Shown piece after piece: positions 13,137-24,020 of a stretch of DNA of 64,000 bases. The first letter of the stretch is position 1, and each line of letters opens with the position of its first letter. The notes under the pieces were generated by a model. It saw only the letters and a program-made list of their open reading frames with translations, had not been told where the DNA came from and searched no databases. This DNA comes from Pseudovirgaria hyperparasitica. Taxonomy: Eukaryota. Location of the stretch: the NCBI GenBank assembly GCA_010093815.1, contig ML996567.1. One strand, written 5' to 3'. Position numbers and translations under genes: made by a program.

Positions 13137-13261
13137 TTATTTCTGTGTGACTATGTTAGCATTCACTTGGGTCGTGAATTGGGTTGAAAGGAGGGGGTAC
13201 GTACGCCGCAAGTGCAGTTGGCACCGCAGGCGCAGGAGTCTCCGCAAGAGCAGCCGTGCAT
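13137..13261 (-). CDS. Metallothionein, 20 aa, 2 exons: MHGCSCGDSCACGANCTCGK
   Basis: Exon 13261-13205, intron 13204-13143 (GTACGT...GCTAAC...CAG), then AAA TAA. Three CxC pairs, CCAACATG start context, CATATAAG box at about 13397-13404. Confidence 0.88.
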
Positions 13262-14138
13262 GTTGGATGGTATGTTTGTTGTTGAAGGGTTGTGGATTGA
13301 AAGTGTAGCTGGGTCTGAGACGAGGATGCTTTGAGAGGAAGTGTGTAACTGGTGTTGCTGGAGGTAAGTCGAGGGGTATCAGACGAGCGGGGTCTTCTTA
13401 TATGATAAGGCGCGATTATTGCGATAAGAAACACGTGCCGCGCCCCCCAACCGACTAACCGACCAACGCGACCGAGCGAGCCCTTCGAGGCAAGGAGCGG
13501 CCCGTCAAGGACTTCCAGGCGTCGCCGATCGACGACCTGCCAGCCAATCAGCCGTGTTGCGCGCATTGTGCGGTCGGATCTGCGCGTCTTGTGCGTCGCA
13601 AATTTCTCCACTCGTGGGGTTTGGACGTGTTTGCGTGCCTTGAAGAGGGTGTTTGAGTCAGTTGTGCGGTGCTGCGCGACTTGTGCGGACAAGCCACTAC
13701 GACTTATGACGGGGGGGGCGAGCGACTTGTGCGGACGCTGACTTGGTCAGGATGGCTGGCGAGACTCCTCCGTCGCTCGGTGATGCCGTTTATTGGAAGC
13801 ATTGCAACGTGGCTTGGCTCTGCTACGACGATTGAGGCTACATCGTCTATAGTCGGTGTGCAGAGTCGTATTGAGAAGGATGAGAGGAATGAGGGCTTTG
13901 CCACACGATATTAGCAATGAAGTTATGGATCGGCCGTGATCAAAGGACATTAGATATCCTGCTTTGGCCGACAACTTTACGTGTCCTTGATCAGCAGAGT
14001 TCTCCATCTGGATTTCCAATACAACAGAAGCGAGACTCCGCTTAGTCTACACTGCTATGCCTTCGAGGGTTAAAGGAGGTGATAACTCATGGTTCTCCTA
14101 CTGAGCCGCAGACAGTACATCATACGTAGAATCCCCCC

Positions 14139-14403
14139 GACTGTCACAGTAGAACACCGAAAGAGAGATATACATCTGCTAAAGAGGTAATAGCCAGTAT
14201 TAAGTCTTACAAGAGTAGTTTCTTCTATGTTTACTCTCCTTACTATCTATACTTTGATATCTCCTACTATTCATTTAGTTCTTGAGTACCCTTTATATAT
14301 CTCGACTGAGAGAATGGTAGATAAATATATTATATACTACGATTAAGACCAGTATCACATTTAGCTTAACAGTGGTATGCTTTCACCAAACTCTGTAACA
14401 GTC
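14139..14403. mobile_element. Candidate degenerate solo-LTR or MITE relic
   Basis: GACTGTCACAG...CTGTAACAGTC is an 11-bp inverted repeat with 1 mismatch that contains TG...CA ends. It encloses an AT-rich, TpA-rich interior. No target-site duplication is seen. Confidence 0.4.
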
Positions 14404-14605
14404 AAAAGCTCATCAGTCGAGGTCAGCCCTACATACAACGCCAAGGTATGACGACGTTCTTACGCTAGTCCAGTTCAGGCTAGAGGACTTCGAGATTTCA
14501 GTCCCGTCGCGCGCGCGCGTTTCAATCCACACACAAACTTCTTTCCTCCACCTTCACTCGCACCCCAATAAACCTACAAGTGTTGGTCCATTGAACTTCT
14601 TTACA

Positions 14606-16642
14606 ATGGGCGACTCGTATCGCCCTATGTTCCCTCCACCTCCTGCGAAAAGCGATAGCTACCGCCCAACGTCGCAACGACATTCCGACTCCACATCGCA
14701 TCGTGGCCCGGACACGTACAGACCGTCTGGTCGCAATGCATACCGTGACTACAACGTACCTCCGGCTCGTGATGATTTCTCCTTCCAGCCTCCCCCAAAC
14801 GCACCGCGCTTTCCTCCCGCATCTCAGCAAGATATCCCACAACATCCTCCTCGTCGTCGCGCACCTCGTGGTGCTGGCTTCCGTCGGGGCCAGTACTCTG
14901 GTCCTGTAGCGGCCCATGATCGCGCGCTACTCCGAAATAACACCTTGTCTCGCGATGAGCAGTTCCTTGGAGTTGCAGACGGCGCCTTGAAATTCAATGA
15001 TCTGGGCGATTCAACAAGCGAGGATGAGGACAACGGAGCATCTGATTCAGCTGCTGATCAGCCAGGGCCAGACGCAAAGAAACCGCGCAACCAGTTCAAT
15101 CAAGCTGATGGTGACTCTGTCCCGAAGTGGTCGAATCCAGACCCGTACACAGCTTTGCCTCCACCAGACGAGTCGTTGAAGAAGAAGAAGGATGTTGTAC
15201 AACTGATCAGAAAAGCCAAAGTCGACCAGGAAAAGACAGCCGACGGATCTAACGCGGTCAGTCAGAACGTAGACTTCATATCTCTCAATTTCGATGACGG
15301 TGGTAATGATGAAGACGACGGCGAAGCGACCGTGTCGGAACATGAGTCTCCGCCACCTGGAAAGCGACATACTGGATCTTTGAATGACTTTGCCGCAAGA
15401 CCTGAGTTCGCTAGAGCCCCAGTAGATGCGCCGAAGAGACCAAGGGCAGCTTCTCCTGCGCCTCAGAAGTCGAAGAAGAGAAAGCTCCGGGCTAATGAAA
15501 TCGATGGAACCGTTGTCGAGCAGTGGTTACCCATCAAAGGGCAAGATTCCACTCCTTGGTGCACCATAGATCATTCTCGGACCGCGGACGTCGGACTTTG
15601 GCTCCACAAAGAAATCTGTGACTTCTACGAGTACGTCCGGCCGCATGACTTTGAAGCTGAAATCAGAAAGGATCTGGTTGACCGGATAGAGAAGGTGATT
15701 CGCAAAAGACATGGCAGTTGCCGTCTCATGGCTTTCGGATCTTACGCCGCTGGACTGTATTTGCCTACTGCTGACATGGACCTCGTCATGGTGTCCAACT
15801 CTTACTATGACTACGGCCCTCCGGTTTTTGGACGGAGGACTAAGGATCTCCATTCACTCCTACAATATCTGTTGCACCAAGGCATAGCCGAGCCTAACGG
15901 CGAAGTAATTCCTAGTGCAAAAGTGCCGATTATAAAGTTCATTGATCATCGCACTGGTCTCAAAGTGGACATGTCCTTTGAGAACATGAGTGGCGTCACG
16001 GCCAACAAAACATTCTATGACTGGAGTGATAAATACCCTGCGATGCCAAAGATTGTGACACTGATTAAACATTTCCTGCTGATGCGCGGGCTGAACGAAG
16101 TTTTTCTTGGAGGCATCGGTGGCTTCACGGTTACTTGTCTTGTGACTCACCTGATAGCCAGTCTTCCGGCTGTGCAAAGCGGCAACATGGACCCCAGTCA
16201 GCATCTTGGCGAGATTCTGCTCGAGTTCTTCGACCTGTATGGCAACAAATTCAACTACGATGGGGTCATGTTACGAATGAACCCAATCAAGTACGAGAAG
16301 AAGGTAAGAGGCCTACTCATCATGATATCTGGGGTCACGCTGACGTACTTCCGCCAGGGACGATGCGGCCCAGACGGCAAGCTGACCAAGAAGGATCGCC
16401 TCTGTATCGTCGATCCGAATAATGAATCGAACGACATATCTGGTGGCTCAAGCAAGATCCCACTCATCTTCCGTTTGTTCTCGGACGCTCACCGGGACCT
16501 GAAACAGCATATGGCTGCGTTGGAGTCGCAAAACGTGGCAGATCGTAAGCATAGCAGTATACTTGGCTGTATATTCGCGGGAGATTACTCGTCATTTCGT
16601 TGGCAGCGTGATCATCTGCGCCGGATATATGAGAACAGGTAA
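14606..16642 (+). CDS. TRF4: Non-canonical poly(A) polymerase Trf4/5 (Cid14), TRAMP subunit; possible spliced extension to 17799
   Basis: WLHKEICDFYEYVRP, FGSYAAGLYLPTADMD nucleotidyltransferase motif, AKVPIIKF, RGLNEVFLGGIGGF, DPNNESNDISGGS. In-frame 54-nt intron at 16304-16357. Confidence 0.93.
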   Translation: MGDSYRPMFPPPPAKSDSYRPTSQRHSDSTSHRGPDTYRPSGRNAYRDYNVPPARDDFSFQPPPNAPRFPPASQQDIPQHPPRRRAPRGAGFRRGQYSGPVAAHDRALLRNNTLSRDEQFLGVADGALKFNDLGDSTSEDEDNGASDSAADQPGPDAKKPRNQFNQADGDSVPKWSNPDPYTALPPPDESLKKKKDVVQLIRKAKVDQEKTADGSNAVSQNVDFISLNFDDGGNDEDDGEATVSEHESPPPGKRHTGSLNDFAARPEFARAPVDAPKRPRAASPAPQKSKKRKLRANEIDGTVVEQWLPIKGQDSTPWCTIDHSRTADVGLWLHKEICDFYEYVRPHDFEAEIRKDLVDRIEKVIRKRHGSCRLMAFGSYAAGLYLPTADMDLVMVSNSYYDYGPPVFGRRTKDLHSLLQYLLHQGIAEPNGEVIPSAKVPIIKFIDHRTGLKVDMSFENMSGVTANKTFYDWSDKYPAMPKIVTLIKHFLLMRGLNEVFLGGIGGFTVTCLVTHLIASLPAVQSGNMDPSQHLGEILLEFFDLYGNKFNYDGVMLRMNPIKYEKKVRGLLIMISGVTLTYFRQGRCGPDGKLTKKDRLCIVDPNNESNDISGGSSKIPLIFRLFSDAHRDLKQHMAALESQNVADRKHSSILGCIFAGDYSSFRWQRDHLRRIYENR

Positions 16643-16700
16643 CTGCTATCGGCTTAGACTGACCAATCCATATTGAACTTGTATTAACACCAATTTATAG

Positions 16701-17799
16701 AGCAGGAAATGCGTCAACTGAAGACGATGTTCAGGTCTGTGATAGGGAAGTCAATATGGAAGCTCCTGAGCCCCGCTTGGCTGCCACGCCTAAGAAAGGT
16801 AAGTTGCTTCTCGTTGTAGTAGTGTCTAACTACCTTTTGTCTCTGTGACTGATACAGATTCACACACCCACAAGCATGCAGATTCTAATTTGAGGTAACA
16901 CAGTAGACACTCGTCGTTTGGGAGCCATACGACATAAGGCAAGATTGGAAGAAGCGGCAGCAAGTGTATCACGACTAAAGGCGAAATTGCGTGGCGGAGC
17001 TTCGAAACTCGAGATGGACGACACCGAGAACGTCATGAAGGATGACATGGAGGTCGAAGATGGACGAAATGAGGTAGACCAGGAAGTCGAACGTGTGACC
17101 AGGCCGGCCAATACCTTCTTTACGCGACAAGAGATTGACAGGGCAAATTTCTTCCGGACACTCCATCCAAATCTCGCATACGAGCACAAAGGGATGTCTG
17201 AAGCACTTTTTCGGGAGCTGTCCCTCAAGGCTCTGTTCCCCGGCATCCTTCATACTTTTCCAGCGTTGCCCAGCAAATTTCTTTACAATCGATTGAGGCA
17301 GGAGGGACAACGCCGACTTGAGTTACTGGCAGCGAGTCCAGAGCCACCACTCACACAAGACCTGCTGGACACTAAGAAGCCTGAGAGTGCCGTGCTCGTT
17401 ACCGACGCCTTCGCCGACCAGCAAAAGCAAGCTTACAAGGAGCCTGTCAGACTCAGGCGGCCCAAAAGCAGTGACCCACAGCAGATTGTCTCGAAGCCCG
17501 CTGTCCCAGCGCCGACTAAGCCTCGGAATTTAGAAGAAAGGTTCGCTCAGGAATTCAACAAGGAGTTTCCAGCGTGGCCGACCCCGCCTTCATCGTTGAC
17601 GGAGGGGGAGTACAACGCACTCCTCATTCGAGCGCGCTATGGCCACGTGCTTTCTGACCTTCCGTTCCGCATGAACAGAATGCAGTTCAATGCCTGGGAG
17701 GCAGCAGGGAGACGCAAAGCCCAGAATATCGAGCGCTTGTCCACTCAGCAGCCCACACCCGCCGCGACTACGATTGTGGATCTTACTATAAATGACTAG
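16701..17799 (+). CDS. Probable alternative 3' exons of TRF4 (16701-16798 and 16904-17799)
   Basis: Canonical donor, branch and acceptor signals join these exons in frame to TRF4. The long ORF at 16918 starts with TTG rather than a good ATG. Confidence 0.6.
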
Positions 17800-18219
17800 C
17801 TGCCATTGCTTCTAGCCTGTTAGTCCATCTATCATGCAACACCAGGAGTATCGACGGAATAGTACCTTATTAAACGAATATTTGTGGCCCTCTACAGGAC
17901 GTGGGGATGGTGGCTTGTCCGGGAATGATATCGACCAGAGGCGTTGAAGAGCGGGAAAGGAAAAGGCGGAGAAAACCTTTGTCTGCCACGAATGAATGGC
18001 TTTTTACTGAGTGCATTGCGACTTGCATAGCTTGGTTCCCTCTGCTGAATTTGAGCATAGGTACGGTACCTACTATACTATGCTATAGGCTCGAACGTCA
18101 GGCTCGAAAGACTCGCATCCGAGTTGAAGCAGCAGCGACCAAAAACCTCTTTGTAGCGCGACCTAATCCCGCAAACCTTGAAACTTTTGCTGTCCAAAAG
18201 AATGAAGGGATGGAATGTA

Positions 18220-19260
18220 ATACCTACCTACCTACCTACTACTACTACTACAACCTTTGATTTAGCACGGAATGTTCTTTTCCTCCTTGACAGGACACTA
18301 CATTTTTCTCCTCTCTAGGCTTCTTTTTCTTCTCTGTCTCTCTCTGCTTCTTCTTCTTCTTCTGTCTTTCTCTATCCCCATTACTCTCTGACTGACTGAC
18401 TGACTGACTGACTGACTGACTGACTAACTCTCTGGCTATGTAGCTAGCTAGCTAGCTATCTAACGATCCAACAAATCTAGTTACCACCAGTAGCCAGTCT
18501 GGCGTCTTCTGCTCCTACTACTACTACTACTAATACTGCTGACATATACAGTCATTCATTCATTCATTTCATACATCTCATACATGCACTGCGTGTATCT
18601 ATCTACTTGTGATGGATGAGCGGCTGCTTTTTCCGCAGGGAGAAACACAGTCAAATATACTGTGTATGTATGCATGCACACATACATGCATGCACAGATA
18701 TATACACCCTTTTCTCATCATTGCTCCGGGCCTTTTGTGCTGGGCTTTGGGGAGGGGAGGGGAGGGGAGGGGAGGGGAGAGGACAGAGAGGGAGGAGACG
18801 GAAGGGAAGGGAAGGAAAGGGAAGGGAAGGGAAGGGAAGGAAAATGGTCGACTTGAGTGTTTTGTTTATTTGTTGTTGGTTAGTCATTTGGTTGGTTGAT
18901 TGGTTTACAGTAAACCAGGGCACGCGCATGCATCAAGTCTAATGGAACAACACCTTTTTCTTCAGGCACACAGACAGTCCCAGGCTGCAAAGTGAGTGTA
19001 GTGTAGTGTAGTGTAGTGTAGTGTAGTGTAGTGTAGTGTAGTGTAGTGTAGTGCGTTGACTACAGGTTTATATTCAATGTTTCCCCCCACCCCCCTGAAC
19101 CCCTTGACTGTAGATGTGTATTGTGTGTATATATATATATATGGCAGACCAAAACAAGCGAGCGAGCAAGGAAGTAAGTGCGCTCGTGTTAGTGTTGGTG
19201 TGTTTGGTAGTCGTAGTCGTAGTCGTGGTCGTGGTCGTGTTCGTTATTAATTAGTTAATG
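18220..19260. repeat. Microsatellite cluster: (ACTG)n about 18388-18425, (GGGGA)/(GGGAA)n about 18748-18843, (GTGTA)n about 18996-19052, plus CTA, TAGC and TCAT runs
   Basis: Seen directly in the sequence. Confidence 0.9.
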
Positions 19261-19299
19261 TTAATTAATTGGTATTGGCAACTTGAAGAATAAATGAAT

Positions 19300-19505
19300 C
19301 AGAGCAAAGCATAAACAGGGCATAGACAGGGCAAACAAACCCAGAGACGAAAAACAAGGCATATAATAACCAAGGCAAACAAACCCAAAAAGGCGAAAAT
19401 CAGGGGCATAACCAAGGCGTAAACAGGTATAAACAGGCATAAACAAGCATAAACATGCAAAACCAGACAGAGCAGGCATAAGCATGCAAAAAAACAAAAG
19501 GCATC
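19300..19505. repeat. Degenerate roughly 10-bp repeat array with consensus GGCATAAACA
   Basis: Recurring ggcataaaca, ggcaaacaaa, ggcgtaaaca and ggtataaaca units. Confidence 0.7.
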
Positions 19506-20444
19506 ATGACCTACATATGCTAGCTAGCACGACATGCATAACGTAACAACATACCTGCTTACACGGAGCATTCCGTAGCGCGCGTCAAAAAGCACACAGC
19601 AAAAATAAAAAAAAAGACGCTCGATGTATGTAGGTCGGTCCGTCGGTCGGCAAGGCAGGCTTAGGTACCTGTATATCAATCATATCATGTCATGCATAGT
19701 CACCACGGCAGTCGTCTGGACTACACACAACACTGTCACACACAAGCCGTGACTAGAGACCGATACATGTATGGAGCATTTCATTCTTTGGTGTTGTTAC
19801 TCGGTAATCGCCAGAATTGCAAATCAAGGCGTAGATGCTCCTCCTGCTTTGTGCAATACATCCCGTATTTTTCTCTCGACCACCACCACACCCACCCTTG
19901 CTCGTTCAATCTATTCTTGACAAGAGAAAAAGAAACAAAAAGGCACCTTGATGTGCAAAGTAATTTGGTATTTCCCCCCCATCACACCCCATGCCATGCA
20001 TGTAGCCATCGATGCCCAGATGGAAAATTGAGTACAAGATAGAACGCCCCATGCTCGCAAGGGCTAAATTAGCTCAGACAGGAAAGAAAATGAAAATGGT
20101 TACGTGTACGTCTGCCCACTATTGGTGTTGCGCAGCTCGGTGAAATCAAGGAAATGGGCGCGCAAGAGCCTGTGCCAGAAGAGTCGTTGTGAAATGATGA
20201 TTATGCTGCGCCTGACAAAAGTCGCCGTTTGCCATATGGGTTGGGTGGGGAATGGGTACAAGTGAAAGATCAAGAAAAATCGTGCCGCGAACGCCGGGAG
20301 CTTTTGATTGATTCCCTTAACCAGCGCATAAGGCGGATAAAACTGCCTTGCGCCGAAGGGTTCATCCAAGTTTGCGGCCGTATCGTGATGAAAGATATTG
20401 ACAGCAAGAAGAATAATTATAGCACAAAGAAGTGGTTCTGCGAT

Positions 20445-23400
20445 CTAGTACCGGCGTGTTCGTGGAGGTGACTGGCTTGGGGGAGCACGAGCTTGATATT
20501 GAGAAATCTCGCGAAGTCCATGACCCTCGCTAGATGTCTTCCGGAGCTTCTGTCGCTGCCTGCGAAGTTTCTCGGCATCGTCACCAGAATAGGTTCGCGC
20601 CTGAAGAAAAGGGCCGTCAATCTCCGCAGTGGGGCTGCTCGAAGTGGGTGTCTGGGCAGGGCTGTTTGGGCTGGATCGACCAAAGCCGAATCGTCTGCGT
20701 GGATTCATTGGTGGCAAAGGCGGTACAAAGTCCTGGCCGTTCTTGAGAGAGGCGCCGGGTGGAAGAGCGACGGTCTCTTGCACAGACGTAGAGGACAGTA
20801 GGGTAGGCTCGGAAATGTCCTGCTTGTTGACAGTACGTCGACGGGGCTGCTGGCGGTTAGGGCCAAAAGCTGTGCCTGTGGGTGTGTTGACCGCCGACAG
20901 TGGAGGCGTAGCACTGACAGCATAGCCTGTTTGGATAGGGCGTTGGAGAGACATTGGGCCATTTGTCGGGCCTGGAGATGGACGAGGTGAGGGTGGAAAG
21001 GCTCCGGAAAGACCAATCGCTGGGCTAGGCATAGATGGCACTTGGTGCGAGGTATTGAGATGAGATGGATGCAGCGAGTGCTCGGAATATTGACTTGTCG
21101 CCGTTGACTTGCTGTTGCTGCGGCTTCGATTCGATGACGGGACTGCAAAGGTGGCGTCAGGCGTTGTGCTCGTCGACCCAGTCTCCTCTGCCATTGACCT
21201 GTCCAGCTCGTCGTGATAGGCACGGCTGCGGGATCGCCCAGACGAGATATCAGAGCTGGATCGATTGCGAACTGAGCTGGCCTGGGAAGCGGGAGATCGG
21301 CCAACGGGTGGTCTGCTATGCTCACGACTACTTTCGCGCCCAGCATCAAAATGATACTGGTTGTCATACGTGTTTCCTCCATATCTGGGCCTGGAATGGG
21401 AGGAGCCTCGAGACCTCAGCGAGGCGTGCCGCTCATCCTCGGATCGCCATTGGTCTCGACCGATCTTGTTCACACTTGTGGAAGAGCCACTGTATCCAGG
21501 CATCTTCATCCTGCTGGGCTCATGGCGGAGGCTTGAGGCCATTGAGTCCTTGCTCGACTTTGACCTGAGCATGCCAAACGCCTTCCGTGCATTGGAGACT
21601 GAGTGACTGTCCTCTTCCACTTGGCGCATCCTTTCCGCAATGGCCTTCTGGCGTTGGGCGAGCTCTTGCTGGAATGCATCGCGCTCCTCAACACTAGGTT
21701 GTCGTTTGTGTTTAGTCATCATCTCAAGCTCCCAGGCTGCTCTTCTGGCCTCGGCCTCCTGTTGGATCTCAAACGCGCGAGCTTCCATCTCGTCGAGCGT
21801 GAGTTTACGACCGGTAGTAGTAGTAGAAGTCGACTGTGGTGCCTGCTGGTCGACAGGGCTGACAGAACTCATGCTGTCATTCTCCATGTAATCGCTCCGG
21901 TCAAAGTCTTCGAGGTCCCAGGGGTTAGAGTGGCTGTGAGCCGAATGGGCAGCCGTGTCAGAGACGGAAGGCGCCAGATTCTGACTCGAGTAGCTCTGCT
22001 GGTAGAAGTTGTCTTGCGGGCCGGTTGTGTCTGAATTGTGGTCCGAGTAATTGGATGAGACGTTGCTGACGTTGCGCAGGTGCTGACGAACAAGACCACT
22101 CAAGCATCCACCGTTTGGGCCGAGTGTGGGCGAGTCGAGATCGATGCCTTTGGCGCCATCTAGGTCGAGAGCAGGAGCTGCAGACTGTGGGATTGGGCGT
22201 GTATCCTCGATTCGTTTCCGTGCCGGGACATGGTCAGACTGCTGCTGCTGAGACCGCAAAGCAGGATGCTCATGGATAGGAGGGGCGACTAATTTGGGCG
22301 CGAGCGGGCTTCTCGAGGCATCAGAGTCGACATCTGCTCCATCTGCAGAGGCAGAGAACGATCGTTGTTGACCAGAAGCCAAGGTCTGAGGCTGCGAACT
22401 TTGAGCGCCATTCACCCGCATCTGGTTGGCGGCATTTTGGAAGACACTGAAGGCGGTAGGGGCGGCGGCGGCCTTGGGGGCAGTCTGGGCTTGATCACTC
22501 TCTCTTCGTGACGAATCACCCTCACCGTCATCACCATCGTCACCTCGTCGGGGTGGAGGGGTGTCTCGGCCGCCTTGGTGAAGGTGCATTTGGCGTTGCA
22601 GATATTGTTCCTCACTAAAAGCTTTCGGCTTGTTGAACGCTCCGAGAGCCGTGGCCTTTCCTCGGTCATTGGGATTGAGCGCACTCGTCAGTTCATCTTG
22701 GTCAGCTTGAACGGGACTGATTGGTGGTGTGCTTGAGTGGCCCAAGACAGGACTGGAGGCATTCGAAAAGTTATCTCTCGGTGCAATGGCGTGGTTGTTA
22801 TACGTCACCGGAGGTGGGCTGACCGTTCTCGAGGCAGGGTTGGAGCGCTGATATCGGTCGCTCAAGTTGCTAGCGCTCCGAGCCTGCGACAGGGCAGTTG
22901 GAGAGGATTTCCCGCTTGCGGTACCGCCGTGTTGTTGTCTCTGAACTGTGTTGAGTCTGTTGAGCTGGGAGGTCTGCTGTTCGTGCATGTGCTGATCCAA
23001 GCCCTGTTCGTAGAGTCTTCTGGTCTTGGTGACTGAACGCTCGAGCGGCGCTTGTGACTGACTGGTGGGTGAGACTGCAGTTGCACCCTGTGATGCGATT
23101 GAGGTTGCTGCTGTTGAGGATCGGGAGTTTGATGGTCCTGAATTCGTAGATGAGGATGTTTCACGCCGCTTGTCGTAGCCGGACAAGGCTGCCAGAGTGT
23201 CGTCCCTGAGAGAGGCAGTATTGACCTGATCGCGTAGCTCTTGCTCCCGCCTCTCCTTTTCTTCTTTCCGCAGCCTCTGAAAGGACGACATGCTGACATC
23301 ATCTTCATACAAAGCTCTTCCTCGGTTATTGCCGGTGCCAGAAATCTTGTACACTTTTTGACGACCACCAAACAGGATATTGCCTTCGCCCGGGCGTGCT

Positions 23401-23846
23401 CGACTCATGACACTGCCACCATCCATATCATCAGAGGTAGTGCGAAGAGTCTCCATTGAGGTCTGTCTCTCCATCAAGAATGGAGGTTTGATAGAGCCAT
23501 TGATGGACATCTCATCAATGTCGGCGAGGGTTGATGATTTGAAGCCAAAGTCGTAAAGGCGTGACTGTCTGTTGGAGGATAGAACACTGTCGTCGCTAGC
23601 CTTGCCCAGCTTCGACTTTGGATCGTCTTGCTCTCTTAGCATGCTGAAGCGCGCCGACAGGTTTGGCATGATCAAGCTGGTACGAAAGTCATCGGAGCTC
23701 GGTAGGGCAGCAGCCAGATCAAGCTCTGGTTTTTGCTCGACCTGACCTTTCTTACCCTTTTTTGGTTTCTTCGTTCCAAACGAGGCGGAAGAGTTGCCCA
23801 GGTCTTCTGTGGCGTCCTTTCTGGACTTTGTGAAGAATCTGTTCAT
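20445..23846 (-). CDS. Large Ser/Arg/Pro-rich protein of unknown function (about 1133 aa)
   Basis: Long uninterrupted ORF. Likely start MNRFFTK at 23846. Ordered-looking N-terminal block DDFRTSLIMPNLSARFSMLREQDDP, coiled-coil segments, and late motifs VNKQDISEPTL and PPLPPMNPRRR. Confidence 0.85.
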   Translation of the reverse strand: MNRFFTKSRKDATEDLGNSSASFGTKKPKKGKKGQVEQKPELDLAAALPSSDDFRTSLIMPNLSARFSMLREQDDPKSKLGKASDDSVLSSNRQSRLYDFGFKSSTLADIDEMSINGSIKPPFLMERQTSMETLRTTSDDMDGGSVMSRARPGEGNILFGGRQKVYKISGTGNNRGRALYEDDVSMSSFQRLRKEEKERREQELRDQVNTASLRDDTLAALSGYDKRRETSSSTNSGPSNSRSSTAATSIASQGATAVSPTSQSQAPLERSVTKTRRLYEQGLDQHMHEQQTSQLNRLNTVQRQQHGGTASGKSSPTALSQARSASNLSDRYQRSNPASRTVSPPPVTYNNHAIAPRDNFSNASSPVLGHSSTPPISPVQADQDELTSALNPNDRGKATALGAFNKPKAFSEEQYLQRQMHLHQGGRDTPPPRRGDDGDDGEGDSSRRESDQAQTAPKAAAAPTAFSVFQNAANQMRVNGAQSSQPQTLASGQQRSFSASADGADVDSDASRSPLAPKLVAPPIHEHPALRSQQQQSDHVPARKRIEDTRPIPQSAAPALDLDGAKGIDLDSPTLGPNGGCLSGLVRQHLRNVSNVSSNYSDHNSDTTGPQDNFYQQSYSSQNLAPSVSDTAAHSAHSHSNPWDLEDFDRSDYMENDSMSSVSPVDQQAPQSTSTTTTGRKLTLDEMEARAFEIQQEAEARRAAWELEMMTKHKRQPSVEERDAFQQELAQRQKAIAERMRQVEEDSHSVSNARKAFGMLRSKSSKDSMASSLRHEPSRMKMPGYSGSSTSVNKIGRDQWRSEDERHASLRSRGSSHSRPRYGGNTYDNQYHFDAGRESSREHSRPPVGRSPASQASSVRNRSSSDISSGRSRSRAYHDELDRSMAEETGSTSTTPDATFAVPSSNRSRSNSKSTATSQYSEHSLHPSHLNTSHQVPSMPSPAIGLSGAFPPSPRPSPGPTNGPMSLQRPIQTGYAVSATPPLSAVNTPTGTAFGPNRQQPRRRTVNKQDISEPTLLSSTSVQETVALPPGASLKNGQDFVPPLPPMNPRRRFGFGRSSPNSPAQTPTSSSPTAEIDGPFLQARTYSGDDAEKLRRQRQKLRKTSSEGHGLREISQYQARAPPSQSPPRTRRY

Positions 23847-23973
23847 TGTGGCTTTGCAAAGGTTAGCTATGATGGAACGTTTGCGGACAAGACACTTGGG
23901 GTGGTTGGAGAGAGAGATGGGCGAATCGCCAGTAGTAGTATGCTGGACCATTGAAGGGAAGCTGTCTTACAAG

Positions 23974-23975
<2 letters not shown>

Positions 23976-24020
<45 letters not shown>

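Noticed and set aside
13156..13692. 178-aa minus-strand ORF
   Set aside because: Spans the promoter and leader of the 20-aa metallothionein in a different frame and shows no protein-like features.
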